From the human T2T-CHM13v2.0 reference genome, Homo sapiens: 64,000 nt of DNA. The position numbers and the translations under genes were made by a program. Positions 41,101 to 53,870 of this stretch are shown in pieces. The notes beneath the pieces are model-generated. The model was not told the origin of the DNA, did not search any database, and saw only the letters and a program-made list of their open reading frames with translations. Location: the NCBI RefSeq assembly GCF_009914755.1, contig NC_060932.1; one strand, given 5' to 3'. Within the stretch, counting starts at the first letter, position 1. The number at the start of each line of letters is the position of its first letter.

Positions 41101-41213
41101 CAGGGTGTCCACCTCGTCCCTATTGCACAGGACTGTCCTGGTTCCAGCACTGAAAGCCTCACAGCCTGGGAACTCCCCTCAGTCCCAGGCAAACTGGAAA
41201 GGTTGGTCAACCT
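41101..41213. mobile_element. MER81 (hAT-Blackjack MITE)
   Basis: AGGGTGTCCACC...GGTTGGTCAACCT termini; ggactgtcctggttccagcactgaaag core. Confidence 0.75.
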
Positions 41214-41449
41214 CAAAATTCGTGTATGTTTGCCTGTCTCTTTTCCCTGGATATTTTTTTTCCTTACAATAGTGTATTAGTTTGTTCATTTTGCTAATAT
41301 TTCTTCCAAGACTCCAACATTCCAGGCCTCCTGGTAGGTGCTGCAGACTGTCCCTGTTTTTATGCAGCTTACGTCCCATGAGGGAGGCACAGGTAACCAA
41401 GCAACCACACGCCAAAAAGAGGGAAGTGTTATAAAGATAATAAAATTCA

Positions 41450-41870
41450 GCTCATGAGACAGAGTCACTTCTGGGGGTGGGGAGGCTCAGAGGCAGCATT
41501 TGAGCTGAGCCCTGGATGATAAGAAGAAGCCAGCCATGTGAATAGCAGGAGATGGACATCACAGGCAAAGCGGACAAGGCAGAAGCCAGGGGAAAACCTG
41601 CGGCAGGCAGACTGGAAGGCAGGCCATTGGGGTGGGAGATCAGTGGGTTGTGGGGGCCGGATAGTAGAGGACTTTTATAGGTGGGTTAAGGGCTTTGGAT
41701 CTTACTCTAACTGCATTGAAGGGTACTGGAGAGTTTGAAGCAAGGAAATGTAAGGGATAAAGAGGTTCATATGATCCAATTTGCTTTTTTGTAAATCTCC
41801 CTGTCGAGTATGTGGACACTGGGGCACGGGAAGATAAAAGTGGAAGGAAGGGGACCAGGCAGAAGGCAGA
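41450..41870 (-). mobile_element. L2 remnant
   Basis: gcatttgagctgagccctggatgat; gggctttggatcttactct; gagagtttgaagcaagg. Confidence 0.6.
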
Positions 41871-41898
41871 AGGCCCACAGGGTGATGCCTGCCTAAGT

Positions 41899-42082
41899 CA
41901 GTGGCTCTCAGAGTGTGACCTCCAGACCAGGTGCATCAGCAGCACCTGAAACCCTCCAGAAATGCAAGTTTTGAGACCTCACCTCGGAACAGCAAAGTCA
42001 GTATCCCTGAGTCAGCCCAGCCATCCATGATGCAGCAAGCCTTTCAGGTGACTCTGATGCAGCATAAGTGTGAGGATCTCTG
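41899..42082. mobile_element. MER5A (hAT-Charlie)
   Basis: cagtggctctcagagtgtg...gcatcagcagcacctg...agaaatgcaa...caggtgactctgatgca. Confidence 0.7.
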
Positions 42083-42472
42083 GCCCAGGGCCAGGGCTTG
42101 GAATGCATTGAAAACACTGGTGCTGTGGTGGACCTCAAACTGACTAAGTCAGAATTGTTGAAAAAGAGATTTCTGGGGAGAGGGGCTAATAGATTTGAGC
42201 AGTGGAGAAAGGGTAAGTGTTTAGGAGCAACCTGAGGCCTTCCCCTTAGGCAGCTGGGCGGAGGCTGGTGATCAACTGTAACTGCTTTCCAACCTCCTCT
42301 CTCCACTTCACTCCCCTGTCATGCCAGAAGGATTCTTCTAAAATACAAATGGATCAAGGACTAACTCATGTTAAAATAATTTTTTCTCCCTTTCCAGAAA
42401 CCCCACTATTAACACAGCTAACTCTTCATCCTGAAAGATTGTGGCTCCAATCCACAAATCATAAACATGCTA

Positions 42473-42796
42473 GGCCAGGAGCAGTGGCTCAAGCCTGTAA
42501 TCCCAGCACTTTGGGAGGCCAAGACAGGCGGATCATGAGGTCAGGAGATCGAGACCATCCTGGCTAACATGGTGAAACCCCGTCTCTACTAAAAGAAATA
42601 CAAAAAAGCACCCAGCTGTGGTGGCGGGCGCCTGTAGTCTCAGCTACTCGGGAGGCTGAGGCAGGAGAATGTTGTGAACCCAGGAGGCGGAGCTTGCAGG
42701 GAGCCGAGATGCGCCACTGCACTCCAGCCTGGGTCACAGCAAGACTCTGTCTCAAAAAAAAAAAAACAAAAAAACAAAAAAAAAAACAGAAAAAAA
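42473..42796 (+). mobile_element. AluY-like
   Basis: Diagnostic gagatcgagaccatcctggctaac and ggcggagcttgcag; TSD aaacatgcta. Confidence 0.93.
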
Positions 42797-42804
42797 CATG
42801 CTAG

Positions 42805-43280
42805 GTGTTTTAGCAGAAGGAATTTAATACAGGGAACTAGTTTCACAGGCTTTAGAGGAATAAAAGAGTGAACAGCTGCAATAGCCCAGAGATCAGGCCT
42901 ATGGAAAGCAGCTTCCCTGCCCCAGGGCTGGAGGAACAAAGCCTCAGTGTGGGAAGCTCTGATGGGGCCCTGCATGGGGCTGGGTGCTTCCTTGAAAAAG
43001 GAGGATCCCACAGAGCAGAGTGAAAACCTGAGGAGGGGCATGCTTCACCTCTTAGGGGACGCAGGAGGGTGATTTCAGGAATGCCCAGAAAAGAAAGATG
43101 TTAACGGCCACCAACCAGGGCATGCTGACAGGATGGCTTATGACTCTGCTTTCTGTTCTGCTGGCCACCTTCCCTATAGGCCCCACTATTGGTAGATGCT
43201 AACAGGGATCCTCTGTCTGAGGACAAACGAGGTTTGCAGATTTCCTTCTCCAGCATCCCAGATCCTTGAGGACAGCATTG
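42805..43280. mobile_element. Possible old ERVL-type LTR remnant
   Basis: ggaatttaatacagggaactag and ccccactattggtagatgctaacagg resemble LTR33/41-class motifs. Confidence 0.35.
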
Positions 43281-44519
43281 GAGTTGAGAATTAGGAACCG
43301 CATGACTGGCACACAGAATATAGGACGCTTCCTCTAGGAACTCTTCCCTGATCCTCACCCTGGACCAAAGTCAGTCCTCCTGCACTTTTTCCCATGGCAC
43401 TGTCGAGCCTTTCCATCCCGGAGTTATCCTCACCGAGTTGCTGGTCTCCCCTGCTGGGCCACAGGCTCTGTTAAGGGCAGGGACTGCGTCAGACTTCAAA
43501 ACTTGGAGGAAAATAAATGCTAATCAGTGTTTTCTAAGTTCCTGCACTCGTGTCTTGGCACAGAAGGCGATTATAAATGTTTGTTGGATGTGCCAGGCAT
43601 TGTAACAAGCAGTGTAAATATAGAGATGAATAAAATGAGAAACTTCTTCTTCAGGAACTAGTAGACTACCGAGAAAAAAATCAAGCACCGTGTCTGATCT
43701 TTAGAAAACTAAAAACAACACCAATAAGCATTTTGTTTATATAACATTCCATTAGGCAAGTTTTCATTCACTTGATATGTTAAATAGACAAATGAAAGGC
43801 TCTCCTAGAAGAGCTAAAAGACTCTAAAATCACAGTGTACTTAGGAGCTTCATAATACTATATAAGAATGTAATACACCAGGTTAGCATGTGAAAAGAAT
43901 GAGCATCCTCCTAGACCATAGCTCCACCCAGGACGATTCCATGCGAATCTCCCCACTGCCACACCCTGCCAAGTCTCAACTCTCAAGCCCTGCATTCAAG
44001 ATTCTTTACAAATGGGCCTCTATCTGCTGTGCCAACCTGATCCCACTGCACAGCCTGACTAATTTACATATTATTCCCTGAACACATCAGGAGCGATCAT
44101 CCCATGTCTGTTTCTGTGCCTATCAAATAAAAATGTTGTCGAGCAAGAATTTATTTTGATATAAAGGTAGATATCAATATTTGTTTTCCACAAGTATCTA
44201 CAAAGTCATTGCATAAACAATCTCTTCACCAGGAATTTTAAATGCTCTTTTTAATATATTCACAATTCCCCCTCTGAGTCCATGTCTACTTCTGGTGTTC
44301 CATTGTGTGCTGTGTATCATTTACCTCCTTTGGCATAAGCTATGAAATGTTTTCATTGCTGCAGCTCTCAAACCTATGATGCTGTGATGCCACCCCTTAC
44401 TTAGGATCCTCAGGATCTTTAATCAGAAATGTTCCTTGCATCAGGATTAACTAGAAAACCACTTGTAATCTCATTTATTTCAACTATAGCAAGAGTTGCT
44501 TTTAAAAATCCTTACTTTT

Positions 44520-44832
<313 letters not shown>

Positions 44833-45511
44833 CTAGATAGATAGTAAACTTAAATGCAAACACTGTATTTTGTTCTTTCTCATATTCTTCCATAGGATCC
44901 ATGCTCTATGAGACTGCTCCAGCCAAGCTGCTGAAAGAAAACTCAGAAAGCTACTTGTAAAGGTAAATTTAAAGATGCATTATTTCCTCGGCATGAAAAC
45001 ATAATTCTCTTAACACAAAATTAGATGAACAAGCTGACTGGAATGAGACTTAACCTCAACAGGAAATAAATGAAGCGGGCTCACAGAGCCAAGCAGTCTG
45101 CAGAGGAGTGCAGGTCAGGGAGGCATTCTATCCTATCATGTTGGAGTGCTGCTTGATCTACAGCTGCTCCAAGATGCTCTCTCAGAAATGCTGGCTAGAA
45201 ATAGCATTTTTCACTTTTGTGTTATGCATGAATCATGTGTGCGCACATACGCACGTGCGCGCGTGCACACACACACACCACCATCTCTACTGTTGCAGTG
45301 GCCAAATTCAATGACTATGACATGCTCAACTTAAAAATAAACTTGAAATCTTGGAAAATACACCACTCCCACCACTCCACTTCTCTCCAAGGTTGAACTA
45401 GGTGACAACGTATTGCTGGAATCGGAGCTGCATGTGTAGGTATGTCTTCCTGTGTAGAAAGAGGAGTTGATTTTACCCACCGGCACCAGGGCACTAGAAA
45501 CTAAAAGATTT

Positions 45512-45825
45512 GGCCGGGCGCTGTGGCTCACGTCTGTAATCCCAGCACTTTGGGAGGCTGAGGCAGGTGGATCACCTGAGGTTGGGAATTTGAGACCAGC
45601 CTGGCTAACATGAAGAAACCCCATCTCTACTAAAAATACAAAAATTACAAAATTAGCCAGGCATGGTGGCATATGCCTGTAATCCCAGCTACTAAGGAGG
45701 CTGAGGCAGGAGAATTGCTTGAACCCGGGAGGCAGAGGTTTGTGGTGAGCCTAGATCACACCATTGCACTCTAGCCTGAGTAACAAGAGTGAAACTCCAT
45801 CTTAGAAAAAAAAAAAAAAAAAAAA
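45512..45825 (+). mobile_element. AluS (Sp-like)
   Basis: Full dimer, acatgaagaaacccc, TSD agaaactaaaa. Confidence 0.93.
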
Positions 45826-46039
45826 GAAACTAAAAACTCTTTCTTCTGATGGCCAAAATACACAGTACCCTGGGTGGGATATGGGGCACTGCAAAGCACA
45901 TACTGGGATCTCAGTATTATTTCCTACAGGACCCTCTTTGGTAGCCCAAAAATGCAAGAGAATTTTTAGCTCTCCTTAATTCCAGGGTGTCAGTGGATAT
46001 CAGGATATAGGATGAGCTACATATAGAAACAGTATACCC

Positions 46040-46512
46040 GCAGGGTCCCATATGGAAGCTCCTAGGACACTGAGCTGGCCACTGAGCACTTGGAATGTGG
46101 TTCAGTCAAATTCAAATCTGTTGTAAGTGTAAAATACACACTGGATTTCAAAGATTTGGTATCACCAAATAAAGAAGGTAAAATATCTCATCAATTGATA
46201 TGTTAATATTCTGATTATATTGAATTAAATAATTTTTAAGACTACTTTTTCCTTTTTTTTTTTTTTTTTTTTTGACCAGGTCTCACTGTATCACCCAGGC
46301 TGGAGTGCAGTGGAACGAGCATAGCTCATAGCTGCCTCGAATTCCTAGGCTCCGGCGATCCTCCCACCTCAGCCTCCTGAGTAGTTGGGATTACAGCTGT
46401 GTGCCACCATGCCAGCTAATTTTTCCTTTTTTTAATGTGGCCACTAAAAATTTTCAATTATGTATGTTGCTTGTACATGTGGTTCACATTATATTTCTAT
46501 TGGGTAACACTC
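46040..46512. mobile_element. MER33-like hAT element interrupted by an antisense Alu monomer (46253-46420)
   Basis: tgtaagtgtaaaatacacactggatttcaaag...cacattatatttctattgg; a single right-arm-like Alu monomer flanked by tttttccttttttt. Confidence 0.75.
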
Positions 46513-46939
46513 ATCTACATGGTTGTCTACCCATCTAGGTAGAGAAGCTCATAGGTATGGTTGTCTAACAAGACAGTGGAATTGGTTTTTGTCATGTCTT
46601 CCCTCCATCTGAATTTACGTAGTATGTCTGATAGAACTAGCTGTCCATCTGACTCGAATATTCTTTTAATTCAAGAAATAAGTCAACTTGGTCCAAACAA
46701 CTGAACCTTATGATGAATAGCCACAGTGTTAAAAAAATATCCCCCACCATTTCAGAAGGAAGATTTGCCTATTTCTATGTGTGGAAAAAAGGGAAGAAAA
46801 AAAAACCTCTGGTCCCAGCAGGGTTACCCAATATTATAAGATTATTCATCTTCACGTAAAGCTTGTCCTGTGAGACTACAAACAAATTGCATAACCAGTA
46901 AATAAAACTTCTGACTGCCTTTTGGGCCTCTTGAGGTAG

Positions 46940-47110
46940 GAGGCCGAGGTGCAAACAGCAGCTCTAACACATCTCATCTGTGTGACCCTGGAAAAGGTAT
47001 TCACTTTTTTATCTATGCCAGAACAATGAGGAAAATAGCAATACCGTACCCACTGATAGTGTCGCTGTGATGATTCAGTAAGATAACCCTGTTATGCACT
47101 CAGAATGGTC
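46940..47110 (+). mobile_element. MIR remnant
   Basis: ctgtgtgaccctggaaaaggtattcac...gtgatgattcagtaagataa. Confidence 0.5.
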
Positions 47111-47423
47111 AACATGTATTATTTCTTAAGTGTGTCATTGCTACCCTGCCCGTGTCTAAGATAATGGTGATTATTGATTTTAAAGAATCAGAAAATTGTA
47201 TCTTGATTTTAAACAGTGCTCAGGTTCACAGAGATTAGAGTAAAAAACATTTACCAGTAATCCCCTTACCTTTTCGTGTGCCTAATAATATATCCTGTGC
47301 AGAAACTCACAGTATAAGCAACTCAGTATTTTTTTCCCATTTTCTTTTCTTCTGTTTCCATTTAGGTAGTAAGAAAACGTTATCCAGTAGACACTTTGAT
47401 TTGTTATTTTGAATATACAATTC

Positions 47424-47907
47424 TGTATTCATTTCCTATTTCTGCTGTAACAAATTACCACACATTTAGTGGTTTAAAGCAACACATTTTTATTCTCTGA
47501 CAGCTCAAAAGGTCAGAACTCCAAATTCAGTTTCACTGAGATAAAGTCAAGGTGTCCTAGGGCTGGTTCCTTCTGGAGGCCCTGAGGGGAGAATTGGTTT
47601 CTTTCCTTTTTCAGCTTGTAGCAGCACCTGCATTCCTAGGCTTGTGACCCCCTCCTCCATCTTCAAAGCACATCACTCCAGTCTCTGCTTCCATCATCAC
47701 ATCCCCTTCTAGTCTGTCTCTGAGGGCTCTTGCCACCTCCTATAAGAACCCTCGTGATTACACCAGGCCCACCTGGACAATCCCCCCATCACAAGAGCCT
47801 TAACTTATTCACATCTGCAACGTGCCTTGAGCCATAGAAACTAACATTCACAGTTCTGGAGATTAGGGCATGGACATATTTGGAGGATCATTATTTAGCT
47901 TACCAGA
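47424..47907 (-). mobile_element. MLT1 (D/C-like) MaLR solo LTR
   Basis: ctgctgtaacaaattaccac...ttccttctggaggc...attcacatctgcaa; perfect 5-bp TSD AATTC. Confidence 0.88.
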
Positions 47908-48423
47908 AATTCCAAAACAGAATTTTTTAGAATGCATAAGTTGTTATGCACTAAAATTAAACAGAATGCCTCCCTTGACCATATAATGTCATAATATGAA
48001 TTAAAGAGGCCAAACTCAGCTCCAGTGAAGCCCCTGCCCACCATGGCGCTTTACTGACTCCTGCTTGACCTCACCTGCCATGGCCTCTCCCTGCCTCTCG
48101 CCGGCTCCCCAGACCCCAACATACTTCTCTTTGTCATCAGTTTTCATTCCCTTATGTGTTCATGCTCTGCTCTTATTATTCCTACCAGCCTATTTTCTTC
48201 ACCCTCTCACCGTATAATATACTGTTCATGTCTCTTTTATGACACACAACACATTTGGCTCCTGTTTCTTTGAGCGCATGGTTAGAGGAGTAAGCACAAC
48301 TCTTGGTTCTTCTTTAATTCCTCAGAGTGCTTAACTTGGCGCCTGCCCAGTGAGCATTTTTTGAATTATTTCCTAGCACATCTCCTTAATATGTGAAGCA
48401 CATTATCAGACACCAAGGAGATA

Positions 48424-49904
48424 CAGTAGTCCCTCCTTATCCGAGGTTTTGCTTTTCACAGTTTCAATTCCCTGGGGTCAACTGCAGTCTGAAAATAGGT
48501 AAGTACAGGACCATAAGATATTTTGAGAGAGACCACATTCACATAACTTTCATTACAGTATACTGTTACAATTGTTCTATTAGTTATCCTTGCTAATCTT
48601 TTACTATGCCTAATTTATAAATTAAACTTTATCTTAGGTATTATACATAGGAAAAACGCAATACAGTCATATGTCACAAAACAACATTTCAGTCAACGAC
48701 GGATCACATATACTATGGTGGTGCCATAAGATTATACTGTCCTAATGTCACAGTACAATATATTACTCACGTGTTTGTGGTGATTCTGGTGTACACAAAC
48801 CCACTGCACTGCTAGTCATATAAAAGTATAGCACACAGAGTTATGTACAGTACAGAATATGTGATAATGATAATAAACTATATACCTTTATCATTATTTG
48901 AGAGTGGACATTTTCTAATTATTTCTTTAATGTTAACTGTAACATTTCTTTAATGTTAACTGTAACATTAACTGCCTCAGGCAGGTCCTTCAGGAGGTAT
49001 CCAGAAGGCATTGGTATCCTAGGAGATGGCAGCTCCATGTTTGTTATTGCCCCGCAAGACCTTCCAGTGGGACAGGATGTGGAAGTGGAAGAAGTGACCT
49101 TGGCAATCCTAACCCTGCATAGGCCTAAGCTAATGTGTTGTGTTTGTGTCTTTATTTTTAACAAGAAAGTTTAAACAGTAAAATAAAAATTAAAAATATT
49201 AAAAATAGAAAAAAACTTATAGAAGAAGGATATAAAGAAAGAAAATGTTTGTGTACAGCTGGATGTGTTTGTGTTGTAAGCTAAGTGTTATCACAAGTTT
49301 AGACGTTTACAAAGTAAAAAAGTTACTGTACACTAAGATTGATTTATTATTGAAGAAATAAATTTTTAAATAAATTTAGTGTATCCTAGGTGTCCAGTGC
49401 TTATAAAGCCTATAGTAGTGCACAGTAATGTCCTAGGCCTTCACATTCACTCACTGACTCACCAGAGCAACTTTTAGCCTTGCAACCTCCATTCATGGTA
49501 AGGGGAAATAACAGGTGTACCATTTTTTATCTTTTGTACTGTACTTTCACTGTACCTTTCTATGTTTCAGTATGTTTAGACACACAAATATTTATCATTG
49601 TGTTACAACTGCCTACAGTGTTCATTACAGTAACATGCTATGCAGGTGTGTAGCCTAGGAGGAATAGATTATACCACAAAGCCTAGGCATGTAATATGCA
49701 TTACTACCTAGGTTGTATAAGTGCCCTCTGTGTTGTTTGCACAATGACAGTATCACCTAACGGTGCATTCCTCAGAGTGTATCCCCATCATTAAGAACAC
49801 ATGACTGTGTGTGTGTGGGTGGGGGGTGAGTTGGTATTATTTGAGGTTTCAGGCATCCACAAGAAATCTTGGAACTATCCCCCACTGATAATGGACGGCC
49901 ACTG
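48424..49904 (+). mobile_element. MER44A (Tigger7 derivative) split by a Tigger3 insertion
   Basis: TA|CAGTAGTCCCTCCTTATCC ... GGCCACTG|TA; halves at 48424-48663 and 49808-49904. Confidence 0.85.
48664..49807 (+). mobile_element. Tigger3b-like element (~1.15 kb)
   Basis: TIRs CAGTCAT...ATGACTG; ends homologous to the element at 5534-5871. Confidence 0.88.
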
Positions 49905-49959
49905 TAACCTCCTCTTCTGGCCATAATTAAGTAACAGGAATCAGATTTTCCCTTCCACT

Positions 49960-50830
49960 TTAAACTAGAAAACCACACGAAACACAAGAAACAACAACAT
50001 GCAGGCAATGGACAACAGATGTGCAAGGCTAGGACCTCTGAGAGAAAGAACACAAATGGGAAGTAATGCCTGAGCCCCTGGCAGGAGCCTGACAGTTTGG
50101 CTTAGTTGAGAAGACAAGAGATCTGAGTCTGGGAGGACCAGGTAGTTGGAATTCACAGATCAGCACCAGAAATAAGAACATGCATGGAGAAAGCTCCTCA
50201 GATTTGCAGATGTTAATTATACTCCCCACAAGTCCTCATCTGAGTATTGATCTGTGTACAAAGGGGAGCTACCTGGAGCAGGGGAACAAACAGCCAGAAA
50301 GCAGGAGCCTGGGAACAGTTTGTATTCACATGAGCCAGAGGGGAAAGACTTAATCTGAGCAGAATCCTCAGAAAATATTGCCTTAAGAGTAGGACTAAAT
50401 TAACCCTAAACAAAAGACTTCTAGACTCTTTTGAACAAACTTACAAGCAAATCTAGAAAGAATTTCATTGGTTATAAGTAACTGCATTCCAGAACTAAGT
50501 GCAACACTATTTAAAGAAATACAACAAAATCCAGTACCCAGCTTCATTCACAATGGCCAAAAATGGCCAACATTCAACCAAAATTTACCAGGTATAAAAG
50601 AAACAGAAAAATATGATCCAAGTATAAAGGAAACAGGAAAATTATCTCCATCATTTAACATCTAGGATGTTAAAATAACTATTATAAATGTGTTTATTAT
50701 TCTCAAGAATCTAGAAGGAAATGTGAACTTAACTTAGTGAGGAAAGGGAAGATATAAAAAGACTCATGGAACTTGAGATGAAAACGCAACATCTAAAATG
50801 AAAATAAACTGGATGGATATAAAGGATACA
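49960..50830 (+). mobile_element. Old L1M 5'/ORF1-region remnant
   Basis: A-rich L1-like sequence (taaaataactattataaatgtgtt; gagatgaaaacgcaacatctaaaatgaaaataaactggatgg). Confidence 0.55.
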
Positions 50831-52527
50831 GTAGCAATAATTTCTCAATGTATTATTCTAACCATTAACTATAAGTCATCAGACCATCTTTGTTTATAAA
50901 GACAAAAGCACTCCAGTGACTCAACAAGCAAAAAAAGAAGAAAAAAAACCCCACATTGTTAGTGATATTTTTAAGCTGGAAGGTCCAGGGCATTGCTGTG
51001 CCATGAAACCTAGACATGCTCCAATTTCACGGACATTGATGCCGAAGATGACTGAGGCACATTTGACTGTGCATGTCAGAATCCATGAGTTTAATTAAAG
51101 TTATGATGTGAACAAAGAGTGTCCATTAGACAAGAAGAATTTGGTCTTGGCAAGTGATATTTGCATCAATTTGCTTAATTAGATCAGTACTTTTAAAACA
51201 ATTTGTAAAGCATAGGATTAAAAGGCTGAATTTCAAAGGATTTAGCAGAAGCCACAATCATGGTTTCAAACAAATCATCTGCAAGAAATTGTAGGCTGAA
51301 AATAGCAATTAGCAGCCCACAGAAAAAAATTTTAATGGAGACCATTTCTATCAATTGAATCACCATGTATAATATGGCTTGGCTTGAATCACTGATAACT
51401 TAACCTTCACCAAATTTTCCAGAGTGGAAGCAAACTGCCCCTCTTGTTTATTTCAGCATTGGATTTCAACTAAAAATTAATCCCAGGTGCAAAAACATTC
51501 TGTGTCATTTTGCCTTTTGGGGGAAGAACAACAGAGGCAGCAGGGTTAGTGAAGCTTGGTCCTAGGCTCACCTCTTCATCCTCTTACTTTAAAAAAGGAA
51601 ACACAGTCCCTGGGTATACAGAATCAATCCATAGCCACTGACCTAATAAATCTACTTCCAGTTAAAATTATAATTTAACAGTCCAGTGAAAATGTATTTT
51701 ATTTATTCCAAAACAAATAGCTTAATCATAGCCCTGCCCATTTCTCTTCTCGAAAGAGAAAAGAAATATTTGGGGGAAAAATAATTCCATGGAGAAGATA
51801 AAATTTTAGCGTAAAATAAAGGACACTCTCATTTACACCAAAACTTGTTTCAGGAGCATTCAGAGCAGGTAAGCAGCCTGGCCGTTATCTGGCAGCCTCT
51901 GCCCTAAACTTTCTCTTTAAAAATCTTTCAGGGTTTTGTTAACTTACTATGACTCAAGTTTGTAAGACTCTGAGAGTCTCCATAATCCTGATGTTTATGA
52001 GTAAACGTGTTAAGTAAATTATAACGCATCTCCATTTTTAAAAATAATGTACATCTCTCCATTATCTCCTACTACTCCCTCCACCCACTGTTCCTCAGAT
52101 AATAGGTCTGTGTAGTGATTCTAGACACTGATTCGGAAATTAACTTCCTCCAAGTACAAAGTGTAAAACAGAGTAACTATTTGTATAATAAGGAACCTCA
52201 CTTCAAAACTGAAACCTCAACTAGTGCCTCCCAAAGAGGAGAACTGGATTTCCACCTTACAGATGACCACCATTTTCCAAAGCTACTCATTGAATTTGGG
52301 GGTAGGGAGATGTTCTTTGTGCCTACCTAATTTCATTAGGATAAAAGCCCTGTGTGGGTTCCTGCTGGGGTTTTTCTGGGGAGGGAGGGGGTTGTGAGAG
52401 TCACAAAATAACTGGATAGCCATTAGTTCCGTATGACTACCCACGCGGTGCTAGTCTGATGCTGTTAGTTTAAACAAAGGCCTACAGGATATGTACTATG
52501 AGTCCTTTTGAATACAGTTTTTCAGAG

Positions 52528-53412
52528 GGGTGTGATGTTTGTGTCATGTGTTCATGGTATGTAGCTAGCGGATGTGTTTGTGTATGAGGGTGTTTATGTG
52601 GAATGAGCATGTGGTGTGTGCGGAGTGTTTCTGTGTGGTGGAGGCTCTGTGTGTGGCATGTGAACGCATGTTGTGTGTGTGTGTGTGGTGTGTGTGGCAT
52701 ATGTGTTTTTGTGTGTACGGTGTGTGATGTGTATGGTGAATGTGTGTTGTGTGCATGTGGTGTGTGGATGTGGTATGAATGTGTGGCACGTGGTGTGTGG
52801 GGGGTGTGGTGTGTCGTGTATGTGGTGTGTGTAGTGTGTGAGGTGTGTGTATTCTGTGTGTGTTGTGTGTGGTGTGGGGTGTGTGGAGGGTGTAGGGGGT
52901 TGTATGTGATGTGGTGTGTGGTATGGCTGGTGTGACGCGTGGAGTGTGTGGGGGAGGTGTGTGTGGTGTGTGTGTGTGTGCAGTGTGTGGGATATGTGGA
53001 ATGTGTATGTGGTGTGCATGGTGTGTAGAGTGTGTGTGATGGATGGGGTTTGTGTGGAATGTGTGTGTGGTGTGTAGAATGTGTGTGTGGTGTGGGGAGT
53101 CTGTGTGTGGTATATGTGTAGTGTGTGTGTGGCATGTGTGTGTATGGGGTGTGGTGTGTGTGTGTGGTGTGTGTGACGTGTACATGTGTGGTGTGCATGT
53201 AATGTGTGTTTGTGCAGTTGTGGTGTGTGTGTGGTTTGCGTGGTGTGTGGTGTGTGTGCAATATGTGGTTTGTGTGGGGTGTGTGCATGGTGTGTAGTGT
53301 GTGTGTGCATGGTGTGGTGTGTGTGTAATGTGCGTGTGTGGCGTGTGTGTGCATGGTATGGGGTGGGTGTGTGTGTGTGTGTGGTTTTTGCGTGGTGTGC
53401 GGTGTGGTATGC
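52528..53412. repeat. ~880-bp degenerate (TG)n/(GTGTG)n low-complexity tract
   Basis: Almost entirely G and T on the + strand. Confidence 0.95.
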
Positions 53413-53414
53413 AG

Positions 53415-53870
53415 CCTAGATGCCTTTCAGGAAGGCCTCAGGAGGAAGGTGACATTGGAAGGAAGCCTTGGAGGAGGGGAGGCAGCCGAGCAGGCGGATA
53501 CCTCCTGACGCCGGAACATGGGATGTGTTCAAAAGATCCAGAAAGCAGGGGAGGGGGGTAGGGAGAGAAGTCAGAGAGCAAAGAGAGGGGTCCGTCCCAC
53601 GGGACCCATTAAGGAACTGACATGTCCTCTGCGTGCGATGGAGCACCACTGAAAGGCCTGAGCAGAGGCACGTGGGAATCTGACTCTCATTTACCCAAAG
53701 CTGCTGGAACTGAGGGCTGATCCCACTCAGAAGGCTGAGCGGTGGAGCAACGCAGAGCCCACCGGCGAAAGGGCTGGATCTGCAGGAAGTGTTGGGATCC
53801 CGGTACGTTCGAAGGCCGCAGGGTCGAGGCCAGGAGGTTTGGATGCTGAGGTTTGCGTGCAGAGGACAGA
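53415..53870 (-). mobile_element. L2 remnant, CpG-enriched
   Basis: caggaaggcctcaggaggaaggtgacatt; gagcaccactgaaaggcctgagcagagg. Confidence 0.5.

Noticed and set aside
52482-53419. Long His/Thr-rich and Cys/Val-rich ORFs (up to 290 aa)
   Set aside because: Translations of the (TG/CA)n low-complexity tract, open in several frames
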